Origin: Octopus vulgaris
Lineage: Eukaryota
NCBI GenBank assembly: GCA_951406725.2
Contig: OX597828.1
Coordinates: forward strand, 66,402,001 to 66,466,000
Direction of reading: 5' to 3'
DNA length: 64,000 nt
Position numbers and translations under genes: made by a program. Every line of letters starts with the position of its first letter. Position 1 is the first letter of the stretch. This document shows positions 1-11,000 of the stretch, piece by piece. A model generated the notes under the pieces. That model did not search any database and had not been told where the DNA came from. It worked only from the letters and a program-made list of their open reading frames with translations.

Positions 1-218
1 ATAGCCATTGCCAGCCTTGCCTGGCACCCGTGCCAGTGGCACGTAAAAAGCACCCACTACAATCATGGAGTGGTTGGTGTTAGGAAGGGCATCCAGCTGT
101 AGAAACACTGCCAGATCAGACTGGGCCTGGTGCTGCCTCCTGGCTTCCCAGACTCCGGTTGAACCGTCCAACCCATGCTTGCATGGAAAGCAGACATTAA
201 ACGATGATGATGATGATG
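1..218 (+). mobile_element. 3' UTR/tail fragment of RTE-clade LINE (family R), (GAT)n tail
   Basis: GGCACGTAAAAAGCACC...GGAAGGGCATCCAGCTGTAGAAAC...CCATGCT-GCATGGAAAG..TTAAACGATGATGATG. The same sequence forms the 3' end of the RT-bearing copy at 48965-50410. Confidence 0.8.
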
Positions 219-1629
219 AATTAATAAAGCATTTGTAAAGCCTACAGTACTGACAGTTATTTTACATGTGAGAGGCCATTCCATTCCACTGAGTTTTAGT
301 GTAACTTGACGTGGGTTATTGGGAGTTAAGTGTCTTGGCTACAAATACAATGCAATATTGTGGACCTCTCAACTGTTTTTGGTTTAAATTTCAACTAAAT
401 TTTAGTGCCATTTTCAGAGACAAAACAGTATAAATAACATTATGTTAACTCATAAATATTTTAGTTGAGATCTGCTCTATTTTCCCCTTTGATTTACAAT
501 TGAATCCTGGTTTATTGGGTTATTCTACATAATTTCTGTCTAATATTTAGGTTTTATTTTATTTCTTCTTTTCTCTTTTTTTATGTAAATATTAAGAATT
601 TGCAATTTTAACAAATATTTTCACTCTCAAAATAAAAGTTAAAAGTCAAGAAACATTTTCAAGATTCAAAGAGAAAGTAATTTCTGCATTTTTTTCTTTC
701 AATAGCTGACTTTCTAGAATAACTCTTCTATTTATTTATGGATGTTTGCCAAAATATTCTATGATAAAATGTGTAAATAAACATTACGATTCCACATATC
801 TATAACTGCAGAGATATTACACTAGCATAAATATAAAATTAGACAGCTACTAATAGCAGTCCAATAACAAGGTACTAAAGACTAAATGATATTGCTATTA
901 GTAATAGCTGAAAGATTTCCAACTGTGAATTAAAAAGGTAAAAAGTTCTAGTTGACTGGTAAATATCAACTTAACACTGGAAGCTTGATGAGAATTTCTT
1001 ACATTGGCACAAGGCCATAAATGTTGGAGAATGAGTATAATTGAATTAGGCAGTGTCATTACTTGATTGGTACCAAATTTATTGATCTCAAAGGAGTGCA
1101 AAGGTAAAGTCAAGCTCGGTCTGATTTCAACTCCAAATATAAAGAGTTAAAAGTAACTCTCACATGGCATGTCTAGCAGTCGTATTCTAAAATTCTAGCT
1201 GCCACCTTGGTAATTGACAAAAACATTAACGTTTTCTATTTGCTTCCATTTGTGAGCAAGCTTCAAATTTAAAACAAGGCTGTGTCTCATTTTATTTTTG
1301 GCACTTTAGATATGAAATAATAATTCTTCGTAAAAAATGGTAAAAAGTAATTCAAAATAATAAAGGTAAAATATATTTGATTTATTAAATAAATGTTTGA
1401 GTGTTTCTCAAAGTAAATGAAGGGAAAATCAAATAGGCATAGACATCATTCACATACATGCACATTTATGTGTCTATATGCATGTATACACACACTTACA
1501 TACACACACGTGTGTGTGTATGCATATATGTATGTACATATATGTGTGTGTGTGTGTGTGTGCGTGCGCGCGTATGCATATATGTATTATATACATACAC
1601 ACTCATTCATAAAAGAATGATCATATACA

Positions 1630-1880
1630 TAAATAACAGGGACATTTTCATATGACACCGCCAGAAAATGTTGTTGACACACTATGGCAGAATCGTTTTC
1701 ACTTCATTGATTGGTTGAAATTGCCGAAATGTGTCCTTGAATAAAAAACTACAGAATTTTCTCAAGAAAGCCAAGAGAAAAAGATGTTTTATAAACACAT
1801 TCTACCAGTATACGAAGTTTAAAATTTTTTAGTTACAAAGAAATTATTTTAAAAATCTGCCAGTCAAAGCGAAAAGATCT
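1630..1880 (+). mobile_element. Partial Merlin-type MITE (same family as 63512-63947)
   Basis: Shares CATTGATTGGTTGAAATTG and TGTTTTATAAACACATTCTACCAGTATACGAAGTTT plus the right TIR (..AAAAGATCT) with the complete copy. Confidence 0.65.
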
Positions 1881-2048
1881 GAAACTCTGCCAAACTAAAA
1901 CATCCGATTGAGATGTGGTCTCCTGACCAACTTGGGGGGCAATAACTACAATAAGAACTAACTCAGAACATGGGGACTCATCCAACCCCACCACATAGAA
2001 AATCAAGTTAAAATGAAAAGGATTTATTTTAATATATGTGTATATATA

Positions 2049-2240
2049 AGGCAGCAAGCAGGCAGAAACATTGGCATGCCAGACAAAATGCTTAGCAGTA
2101 TTTCATATGCTTTTACATTCTGAGTTCAAATTCCACCAAGGCCAACTTTGTCTTTCATTCTTTTATGGTCGATAAAATAAGTGCCATTTGAACACTGGGA
2201 TCAAAGTAATTGACTGACCCCCCTCTCCTGAACTTGATAG
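2049..2240 (+). mobile_element. tRNA-derived SINE family A (decayed)
   Basis: A-box-like GGCAGAAACATTGG, B-box GAGTTCAAATTCC, body CTTTCATTCTTTTATGGTCGATAAAATAAGT. Other decayed copies at ~1005-1210(-), 22452-22590, 22848-22985, 26725-26860(-), 35175-35330(-), 42508-42710, 44356-44580. Confidence 0.75.
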
Positions 2241-2244
2241 CACT

Positions 2245-2600
2245 TATGTGGTATACATCACTTTCCACTGAGTTGGTTTCAATGCCTGATCCTGGGCAGT
2301 GATGACCAGGCTTTCAGGGTTCTTTTTAAGGTCACCACCTTTGTTGAGCAACATCCCTGATGCTTCCTGGTCTTTTACGTTGTTAGTCATGCAGTGGAAC
2401 TGGCTGTGTAATTCCACGTGGAGTAGTGTTTCTTCTCTGTTATTGGCTATTCAGGAGTAAAATTCATTAGAACTCCCAGTTCCATTGTTGGTAAATCTTT
2501 CTGCAAAAGCAGTGTATGGCAGCAGACCTTTTGTTTGCTGTTTACCAAAGTATTCAGTCGAGTTTCTTCTTTCACTGTCGATGCATTCAAATTCTGCTGA
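2245..2600 (-). pseudogene. R4/Dong-type (RLE) LINE remnant, post-RT region
   Basis: Minus-strand translation gives ELHSQF...GGDLKKNPESLVITAQDQAL, matching the LHGQF...GDLKxETExLIxAAQDQAL motif of R4/Dong ORFs. Confidence 0.6.
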
Positions 2601-2799
2601 AGTTGACTTTGCTTTTCATCAATATGGGGCCAATAAAATTAGTACCAGTTGAACGATTTTCCTCCATCCTTAAAACTGCTGGCATTGTGCTAAATTTTGA
2701 AATCATCATCATCATTATTATTCACAAAATTGATAAAAAAATCTATGTATTTCTGTAAATTAGATAGAATTTCTGATTATCTAGTAAAGTCTTGAAAGT

Positions 2800-2841
2800 A
2801 TATGTGTGTGTATATATATATATATATGTACATATATATAC

Positions 2842-2896
<55 letters not shown>

Positions 2897-2919
2897 TATA
2901 TACATATATATATATATAC

Positions 2920-3000
<81 letters not shown>

Positions 3001-3015
3001 TATATACATATATAT

Positions 3016-3048
<33 letters not shown>

Positions 3049-3049
3049 C

Positions 3050-3081
<32 letters not shown>

Positions 3082-3095
3082 AATATATATATACA
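2800..3095. repeat. Compound (TA)n/(CA)n microsatellite
   Basis: Directly visible. Source of the YIYI/HTHT ORFs. Confidence 0.95.
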
Positions 3096-3187
3096 TGCAT
3101 TGTAGTTGAGTGTCATAGTTACGTGTTGATACATATTCATTTATTTATGATTCTATTCTAGGACATAACAGATATTGATTCTCTCAC

Positions 3188-3349
3188 CAATGTTTTTTTC
3201 TAAAATAGGAATGCAATCTTCACAACCTAAATCTGCTTCATGTAATACTGAAGTTGGCTCTTTTGAGTTTGATATATTTTTTTTACTTTGTGCATTCTTT
3301 AAAGTTTTATTGCAGACAATAGGAAATTGGATTCTTGCACCAACATTTT
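3188..3349 (-). CDS. Candidate internal coding exon (162 nt, phase 1-1) of an unidentified host gene
   Basis: Unique sequence. Acceptor TCCTATCCCAG| at 3350, donor ATTG|GTGAGA at 3187. Open frame NVGARIQFPIVCNKTLKNAQSKKNISNSKEPTSVLHEADLGCEDCIPILEKNI. No recognisable domain. Confidence 0.3.
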
Positions 3350-3366
3350 CTGGGATAGGATTACCA

Positions 3367-3422
<56 letters not shown>

Positions 3423-3552
3423 CACACACACAAACGCACACACACACGCATTTGTTTGTGGAAGAGGCTGAACTTGCTTCAAATTACATATTTCTTAACA
3501 TACAGGAGTTTACAAAATATAAAATGAATGACCTTTTATATATATATATGTG

Positions 3553-3708
3553 GGCACAGGCATGGCTGTGTGGTAATATTTTTTTTCCCAACCACATGGT
3601 TCCAGGTTCAATCCCACTGTGTGGCACCTTGGGCAAGTATTTTCGGCTAATCAAAGCCTTGTGAGTAGATTTGTTAGTCAGAAATCAAAAGAAGCTCATT
3701 GTATATAG

Positions 3709-3710
<2 letters not shown>
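3553..3710 (+). mobile_element. tRNA-derived SINE family B (CORE-like), 5' part
   Basis: GGCATGGCTGTGTGGTAA head, GGTTCAATCCC B-box, GGCACCTTGGGCAAGT CORE-like motif. Confidence 0.75.
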
Positions 3711-3739
<29 letters not shown>

Positions 3740-4009
3740 CACATATATAAACATATATATATATAAACATGTATATACATATATAAACATGTATATACAT
3801 ATATAAACATGTACATACATACATACATACATATATACATACATACATATATACATACATACATACATACATATGTCTGTATGAGTTAGAGGTTAAGCAA
3901 CCATCTAAGGGATAGTAAATATCCAATATACTACAGGATGTATACCTACGTATTTATATCCAAGTGCTTACTATTACAGGACAACATCACAATTGAATAC
4001 TAGGTATGG

Positions 4010-4650
4010 GTGGGAGTAAAACATACTTGCTATAGACTTCCATCTTTTACGAAACACACTTTGCGACAGACATTTCTTCTTCAGCCTTATTTTCCATTTC
4101 ATGAGGAAAACGAAAAAGTCGATTAGCTCAAGACTGGAGATAAACATGCCTGTTGCAATTCCTTTTACTCTCATCTTCCATACCACCTCTTTTGCCACAG
4201 CAAACTACCGAGAGAAAACAGGCTCGCTCCTCCCTATTCAGGGAGATCGGCAGAACTATCTTAATTACAGATTCGCTCGACATTTGTACTCTTCTTGAAT
4301 GCGACAGCAAGTGTTCGACATAAGCCTAGAGTTCAGTCACCTTGGGGCATTACACAATCGCATGCAGGACAGTTTCACTGTCCTGCTCGCATTTTGCACA
4401 AACTGGCAAAGGTGCACACCCATGTCTAAAGAGCTTATCTCGAACCGGTAAAGTTCCTCTGTAACATTGCCAGGCCAGGGACTTTTGGTAATTATCGATA
4501 GGACCCGGCCTGAAGGTTCTTTGGAACAGGTTGGCCAGGTGAACTTCGTCGAAGCCTAGGGTTTCTCCCAGGACATTGTTACACTTAAACTCTACTAACC
4601 CTCTATAGAAGAACGAGGAAGTACCCCTGCCACCGGCATTGCAGTCAGCT
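4010..4650 (-). pseudogene. L1/Tx1-clade LINE ORF2 C-terminal remnant (zf-RVT)
   Basis: AWQCYRGTLPVRDKLFRHG..CAKCEQDSETVLHAIV*CP..AKEVVWKMR. CxxC..ETxxH..C zinc finger with stops and frameshift. Confidence 0.75.
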
Positions 4651-4851
4651 GAACTATCTAGCTCTGTTTGTAATAAGAGCTGCAGAAAGAAATCTGCATA
4701 GACCAGACACATGAAATGTCACACTATCACTTTGTAACAGTCTTCACCACTAAATCAAATGTTTTCATGTCATCTGTTGAATAGTTTGTAAATCTCTTGC
4801 AAGACGAAATAGCCATTTCCTGCCACATAACATATAGACTATCTCCAGCAC

Positions 4852-4975
<124 letters not shown>

Positions 4976-5261
4976 CTGTTATTTTCTGAACTGTAAATAT
5001 TTGACATTATAAAATTTTCTTATCGATAGTTCTAAATTCAATTTGTATACAGCTGTTGCTTATATATTAATTGCTATTGGTAAATATTTACTTATTTATT
5101 TATTTCAATTATTTATCCTTGTTTAGGCATTTCATTCCGTTTGTATAAAACAATACTTAAATTGTAAATGTCATTGAAGTCACTAAATTATATACTACAT
5201 TAATATCTTTTTATGTATCACTTGTGTGGTTGTGTGTTGCTAGTTTTAACTAGTTTAGTGC

Positions 5262-5332
<71 letters not shown>

Positions 5333-5560
5333 TGAAAAAGGGGGGCGAATTAATTAATTATTAATAAATTCGACCAAGCAGTATTCGGTATGTAAAGACC
5401 ATTTACGGTATATTTGAAGTATTAATTTATAAAAATATGGTAAAGTAAAAGAATTCACTTTACCACACACCGAACTTTTCAGAAATAGCAGCCAAAAATT
5501 TGGCTATTTCTTCAACTGCAAATAAAAGTCTCCAGACAATGCATACTCAGAAAAATAACT

Positions 5561-5591
<31 letters not shown>

Positions 5592-5639
5592 GGTTGTGCT
5601 CATGTTGTGAAAAGTCATATTCTATTAACAAGCTGACGA

Positions 5640-6435
5640 CCATCACTTCCATCATTGTTTTACATCTGTTTTCCATGCTGGCATGGGTTAGACGATTTGA
5701 TTGGGACAGGCGAGCTAGAGACCTACACCAGGCTCTAGTTTGGGCTTGGTTTCTACAACTGTATGCCCTTCCTAATGTCAGCCACTTTATAGAGTGTACC
5801 AGGTGTGTTTTATCTGTCACCAGTTCAGATGTCATTTATGTGTCAGCAGCATCGGTGCCTTTTACACATCACTGACACAGGTGCCTTTAATGAGTCACTG
5901 GCACTGGCAATGACTACAGTTCACTTGGACTGATGTGTCTTCTCAAAAACAGCAAATCACTACAAGTCATGGTCACTTGTCATTGCCTCTATGATGCTCA
6001 ACAACTGAAGATCATGTTTCACCACCTCATCCCACATCTTCCTGGGTCAACCCCTTCCACAGGTTTCCTCCACAGTTAGAGATCAGCACTTCTTTACACA
6101 GCTGTCATTGACCATATGCATCATTTGACCATACCAGCACAGTCTACTCTCCTGCACACTACATCTAATGCCTCTTATACCCAATTTTTCTCTTAAAACA
6201 CACTTGGTTGCACATGCACATTGCACATCCAACAGAGCACGTTGGCTTAGTTTCTTTCAGGCCTTTACATGTCCTCAGTAGTCACAGCCCATGTTTCACT
6301 GCCATATAGCATGGCTGTTTGTACACAGACATCATACAATCTGCCTTTCAGTCGGAGGGAGAGGCCCTTTGTTACCAACAAATGTAAAAGCTCTCTGAAC
6401 TTAGCCTAGCCCATTCTTATTCTAGCAGCTATGCT
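5640..6435 (-). mobile_element. 5'-truncated RTE LINE (family R): RT C-terminus plus 3' UTR
   Basis: Reverse complement aligns by eye with 49550-50410 (..GRLYDVCVQTAMLYGSETWAVT..RG*PRKMWDEVVKHD..). Confidence 0.8.
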
Positions 6436-6444
6436 GTCTCTTAT

Positions 6445-6658
6445 TCTTTTGCTTGTTTCAGTCATTTGACTGCATCCATGCTGGAGCACTTCGTTAAAAG
6501 GATTTTGGTTGTTGAAGAAATCAACTCCAGGTCTTATTCTTTGTAAGCCTACTACTTTATTCAATTGGTCTCTTAGCTGAACTGCTAAGCTAAGTGGAAG
6601 TAAACACATCAAGATTGGTTGTCAAGCAATGTTGGTGGAAACAAACACAGACACACAC

Positions 6659-6704
<46 letters not shown>

Positions 6705-6872
6705 ATACATACAACAGGATTCTTTCAGTTTCTGTCTTTCAAATCCACTCATAAGGCTATGGTTGGCCTGGCGTTATAGTAGAAGACACTTGCCCAAGGT
6801 GCCATGCAGTGGGACTGAACTTAGAACCATGTGGTTGCGCAGCAAACTCCTTGCCAGAGCCACGCCTGCACC
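6445..6872 (-). mobile_element. SINE family B, near full length with internal microsatellite
   Basis: Head at ~6870, CORE-like motif, tail ..CAGTCAAATGACTGAAACAAG. Other copies at 19110-19865(-), 36895-37690(-), 38620-39040(-), 45545-45700(-), 45744-46140(+), 46985-47300(-), 48365-48495(+), 55525-55895(+), 57900-58612(+). Confidence 0.8.
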
Positions 6873-6877
6873 TATAT

Positions 6878-6910
<33 letters not shown>

Positions 6911-7248
6911 TATACACACACACAGAGTCTGGAGCTCTGTTCAGTAACCAAATTGTTCATTGCTAGAGTAATTGAAATACATATAAATAGGGGTAATTCA
7001 TTCCAAGCCAATCACAAGTTTCATGTAACGGTATGAAATACTTTTATTTGTCCATCCAGCAATAGTAAATACATAAATATATACATACACTTGCGTCGGA
7101 AATTAATTAGCACTTCTCAAATTTCTACATTTTCTTACATTTTCTTAATTTAATTAACTTATTATCAGAAACGAACTCATTTTTAATCAAAAATTTATTA
7201 AAACATACCCCAGGACACCACATAATTGTTATTAATCGTGAAATTTAG

Positions 7249-8244
7249 TCAATATCTTGTTGCTCCTCCTTTGGCAGCAATGACAGCTGCTACGTGGGTC
7301 GGCATGCTGTCTATGAGTGCCTGCAGGTACTGTGCAGGGATGGCCCCCATGCAGCAAGAAGTGCCCCAAACAGCTCGTGTCGGTTCCTGTATTGTTGCAC
7401 ATTCAAATCCCTACCCAATCGACTCCAGAGGTTCTCAATAGGGTTCAGGTCAGGTGACTGGCCAGGCCAGTCCATGACCGTCACCCCATCATCCTTGAAG
7501 AAACCGGTTGTGAGCTTGGCTGTGTGGGAAGGCGCATTGTCCTGCTGGAGCAGTACTCCTCGCCACCAAAGAGGTATCCCGTACTATCTCAACGTACTTT
7601 GCTGCGTTGATGTTGCCTTCGACGGCATAGAGCCGCCCAACACCACTGTAGCTGAACGCCCCTCACACCATCAGACCACCCCCACCTTGCTTCATGGTGG
7701 GAGCAATGCAGTCTTTGTTGAAGCGCTCACCCCTGCGGCGACGCACATGGACAGGCTTGTCACTGACGAGACTGAATCGCGACTCGTCAGTGAACATCAC
7801 TGTCCGCCACTGCTGCACGGTCCATGTCTTGTGGGCACGGGCCCAGAGCAGCCGCCTCTTCCGGTTTTGGGCTGTAAGGAGCGGCTTACGGGTGGCCCTA
7901 CAGGATTTTAGACCAGCTTCCAGTAATCTGGTCTTGACAGTGGTTGTAGACAACTGCTTCCCTGTCATCTTTTGCATCTCCTCTGCCAGTTGCCGGCTCG
8001 TTACCCTTCGGTTGTACAGTGACTTTCGGATCAGCATCCGGTCCTCCCGCTGGGTCGTCAGCCTCTTCCGTCCCCTACCCTTTTTGTCAGCTGCTGATCC
8101 GGTTTCCTCATATTTCTTAAATAAGCACTGAATTGTGCACCTGGCTACACCAAGTTTTCTGGCTATTGCAACCTCCGACAGCTTCCCACGCCACGAGAGA
8201 GCCTTGTACCGTCTCTCCAAGGTCATGCGAGGTCTTGGGCCCAT
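7249..8244 (-). pseudogene. Tc1 transposase, inactivated (W->TGA and frameshifts)
   Basis: Paired HTH, GRGRKR, WRTVMFTDES, GGGGLMV*GAFS, QQDNAPSHTAK..WPGQSPDLNPIE with 34 residues between D and E. Ends ..AAKGGATRY*. Confidence 0.92.
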
Positions 8245-8403
8245 CTAGGAATGAACGATAAAAACCAGTTATTTTCATTAAAACTATTCAATTGAATAAT
8301 GTTATGCTATAACAAAACTGCTATGAGTTATTATTCATTAAACAAAAAAGAAAGAAAGCAGAATTTCTCACCTTATTTGATGTATAACAGAAAGTTTTGT
8401 GAA

Positions 8404-8418
8404 CCGGAAGTGACATCA
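8404..8418. promoter_or_regulatory. ETS/CRE-like composite motif upstream of the transposase
   Basis: CCGGAAGTGACATCA, one CpG-type transition from CCGGAAGTGACGTCA. Confidence 0.4.
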
Positions 8419-8787
8419 CCAAGCAGAGTGTAGGAGAATTTGTGAGGAAAAAAAATCTTGCAAATACACAAATCAATTAACCTACGAGCTGTTCAAAACG
8501 TCTTACGCGATGAGAAAACTTAGTACGGTGTGATTTCGGTCCTTGAGAGGCGCTACCTATATCTATTAAACAAAGGAAGATTTGTCTGCATCCGCACTCC
8601 AAGTTGTTGTTGCACTGCTATGTCAACATCATTAGGCTGTAGACTCTCAAACCACTCTGCAAACAAAGTTACGTTATCGTTCTGCGCAACAGTGAACTCG
8701 CAACAAAGCAATAGTTCGAGATATGGCCACTAGGTGACAGCAAATACCTTGAGTGAAGAGCAAATCAAGGGTGCTAATTAATTTCTG

Positions 8788-8825
<38 letters not shown>

Positions 8826-9540
8826 ACACACATTCTGTTTTCTTAAGATATTCCTGAAACTTATGAACTTTTTCTCATTATCTGAAATTCTTCATTTTGC
8901 ATTGATAATTTTGCATGGCATTCTTTGCAGCTCTCTACTATCCTTTGAACCAGTTTCTGCCAGAGCTGCACGCAACTTGGAGCACATTCTGTATGGAGAA
9001 GTCATTAACATTTCAAACTGGTCTTGGTAACTTAGTTGAAAAAAAAAAACTCTGAAGAGTACACAAACAGTTGTTCTCCAATAATCTTCTGAAAATATAT
9101 TCAGAATTGTTACCAATTTTATTCTAAGATAGACTCTTCTAATAATTCTTGGCAAATACAGCCTCTATGCAAGAGTCTTGCTACACACTGATATTTCAGT
9201 CCTGACAGAAACAACTTGCAGATTTCTCTTTGGCAGGGGATCTGGCACATGAACTTGTGTTTCTCATATTTCTGTCATTCATATTTCACACAACTTAACA
9301 GTCTATGAAGTACTATTTTCCAGGTTATCTACTCTTCTTGCAGCCAGTTTGTGGTGTTAGTAATGGTGAGGGTCTAATTCATAAGTAGAGAAGCAGCAGG
9401 AGGAAAACATTGCTGTTCATTCTCCTAATATCTTGTGCACCTAAGAGAGTTGGTTACAGTCGGTGTTCATGCTCAGCTCAAGAATTAAAATCAGTGAGCT
9501 GGCAGAAACGTTAGCATGCCAGAAACATTAGCATGCTTAC

Positions 9541-9858
9541 GACTGCGAATCCGCTGTCTTAACCACAGGGTCATTGCGCCTCCACTTATATATATAAGTG
9601 GAGGATCATGGTTTCAATTCCCAGACCGGGCGTTGTGAGTGTTTATTGAGAAAAACACCTAAAAGCTCCACGAGGCTCCGGCAGGGGCTGGTGGCGATCC
9701 CTGCTGTACTCTTTCTTCACAACTTTCTCTCACTCTTTCTTCTGTTGGCCTGCTCGCTTAGCCAGCAGGGTGGCGTCATTTGAAGGCTAAAACAATGCGA
9801 AGTGCATTGTGACCAGTGATGTGTAGCAACATCTGATAGCATGGTTGGTCACGGTGAT
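9541..9858 (+). mobile_element. tRNA-derived SINE (family C) with inverted 5' head
   Basis: 9541-9587 reads GTGGAGGCGCAATGACCCTGTGGTTAAGACAGCGGATTCGCAGTC on minus (A-box half). The B-box GGTTTCAATTCCC and body follow on plus. Confidence 0.6.
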
Positions 9859-9866
9859 TTATATAT

Positions 9867-10165
9867 GTGTGTACATATGCATTTGAGAGAGCACGTATCC
9901 AGCATGAAGAACTTAAGCGAGCTGCGAGAGAGCGAGCTGCGAGAGAGCGAGCTGCGAGAGAGCGAGCTGCGAGAGAGCGCACGGCTCGTATAGTGAATGG
10001 GGAAAGCTTGGTCTGCAATGTTTGCAGTCATGTATGCTTGTCAAGAGCAGGGCTCATTAGCCGCCAACGGAGCCACAAATGCAAAATATAAGTTAGTCCT
10101 AGAGCGCACAATGTTCCTGAAGGTCGGCAATGGTCTTCCTCAGTCACGAGTGGACGGCCATCATT
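9867..10165 (+). mobile_element. 3' end of a BovB-like RTE LINE (C-terminal C2H2 finger) with 15-bp VNTR
   Basis: AFERARIQHEELKR..CNVCSHVCLSRAGLISRQRSH, then a short 3' UTR ending GGACGGCCATCAT. Confidence 0.7.
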
Positions 10166-10206
10166 ATGTATATATATACACATACATAATTATATATATA
10201 TATATT

Positions 10207-10488
10207 ACGGAGATGTACTTGCATAGCAAGTGACCTGATTTGAGATCGTGTGCTGGAACGAAAACAACTGCAGCGTGGAAAGTGTTTATAAGCCATTTAA
10301 GAAACCCACAAAAACCGTTAGATTCACTTCAACATTCAAATTTAATTTGCCAAAATAATATTTTCGTTGCTTTGAGACCACAACCTACCTGTTCACTGAC
10401 AAAATTCCGTGCTGCAATGTTGAAGTGAATCTAATGGTTTTTGTGTGTTTCTTAAATGGCTTATAAACACCTTCCACGCTGCAATTGT

Positions 10489-10490
<2 letters not shown>
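10207..10490 (-). mobile_element. Hammerhead-bearing short repeat family HA, with ~72-bp inverted duplication, in (TA)n
   Basis: 10207-10416 matches 56356-56558. Inverted arms at ~10265-10336 and ~10416-10490. Confidence 0.75.
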
Positions 10491-10541
<51 letters not shown>

Positions 10542-10918
10542 TATATACATATATAGGCATATATACTTATATATGTATGTTTGTGTGTGTGTATGAAAAC
10601 ATGCATATATTTCTGTGAGTGTCTGTGTATGTGTGCTTTTCTCACTGTTTATATGCATAGAAACATAAAGTTAGTGAGAAAATAATAAAGATAAGAGATA
10701 AGGTTGTAAAAATAAAATGGGAAGAAAGAGAGTCTATTAGATTAATAAAGGGTGATAGATAGAGAAGAGAGGAAGTGAAAGGAAAATGAGAAAATGAATT
10801 AGAAATGTAGAGGTAAACTAAATGAAGGGAGAAAATGAAACTAAATGAAATATGCATTTGTGCATGTGAATCTATGTATATGCATGTGTGTGCGTGTGTG
10901 AGTGTATTTGTGAGTATA

Positions 10919-10996
<78 letters not shown>

Positions 10997-11000
<4 letters not shown>

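Larger units (their letters stand above)
7088..8796 (-). mobile_element. Tc1 (DD34E) DNA transposon, near complete
   Basis: Left TIR TA|CACTTGCGTCGGAAATTAATTAGCAC (7088-7113). Right TIR GTGCTAATTAATTTCTGATG.. (8771-~8796) is decayed and merges into (TG)n. Transposase inside. Confidence 0.92.

Noticed and set aside
2743-3161. Long [12 protein letters not shown] ORFs here and at 17.9-18.3 kb and 37.8-38.5 kb
   Set aside because: Translations of dinucleotide microsatellites that lack stop codons.
7294-8131. 205-aa and 145-aa plus-strand ORFs
   Set aside because: Antisense shadows of the GC-rich Tc1 transposase, with no independent motifs.
8880-9480. Possible coding sequence (LLSFEPVSAR, DISVLTET fragments)
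   Set aside because: Multiple stops. At best a very old RTE endonuclease remnant, too decayed to call.
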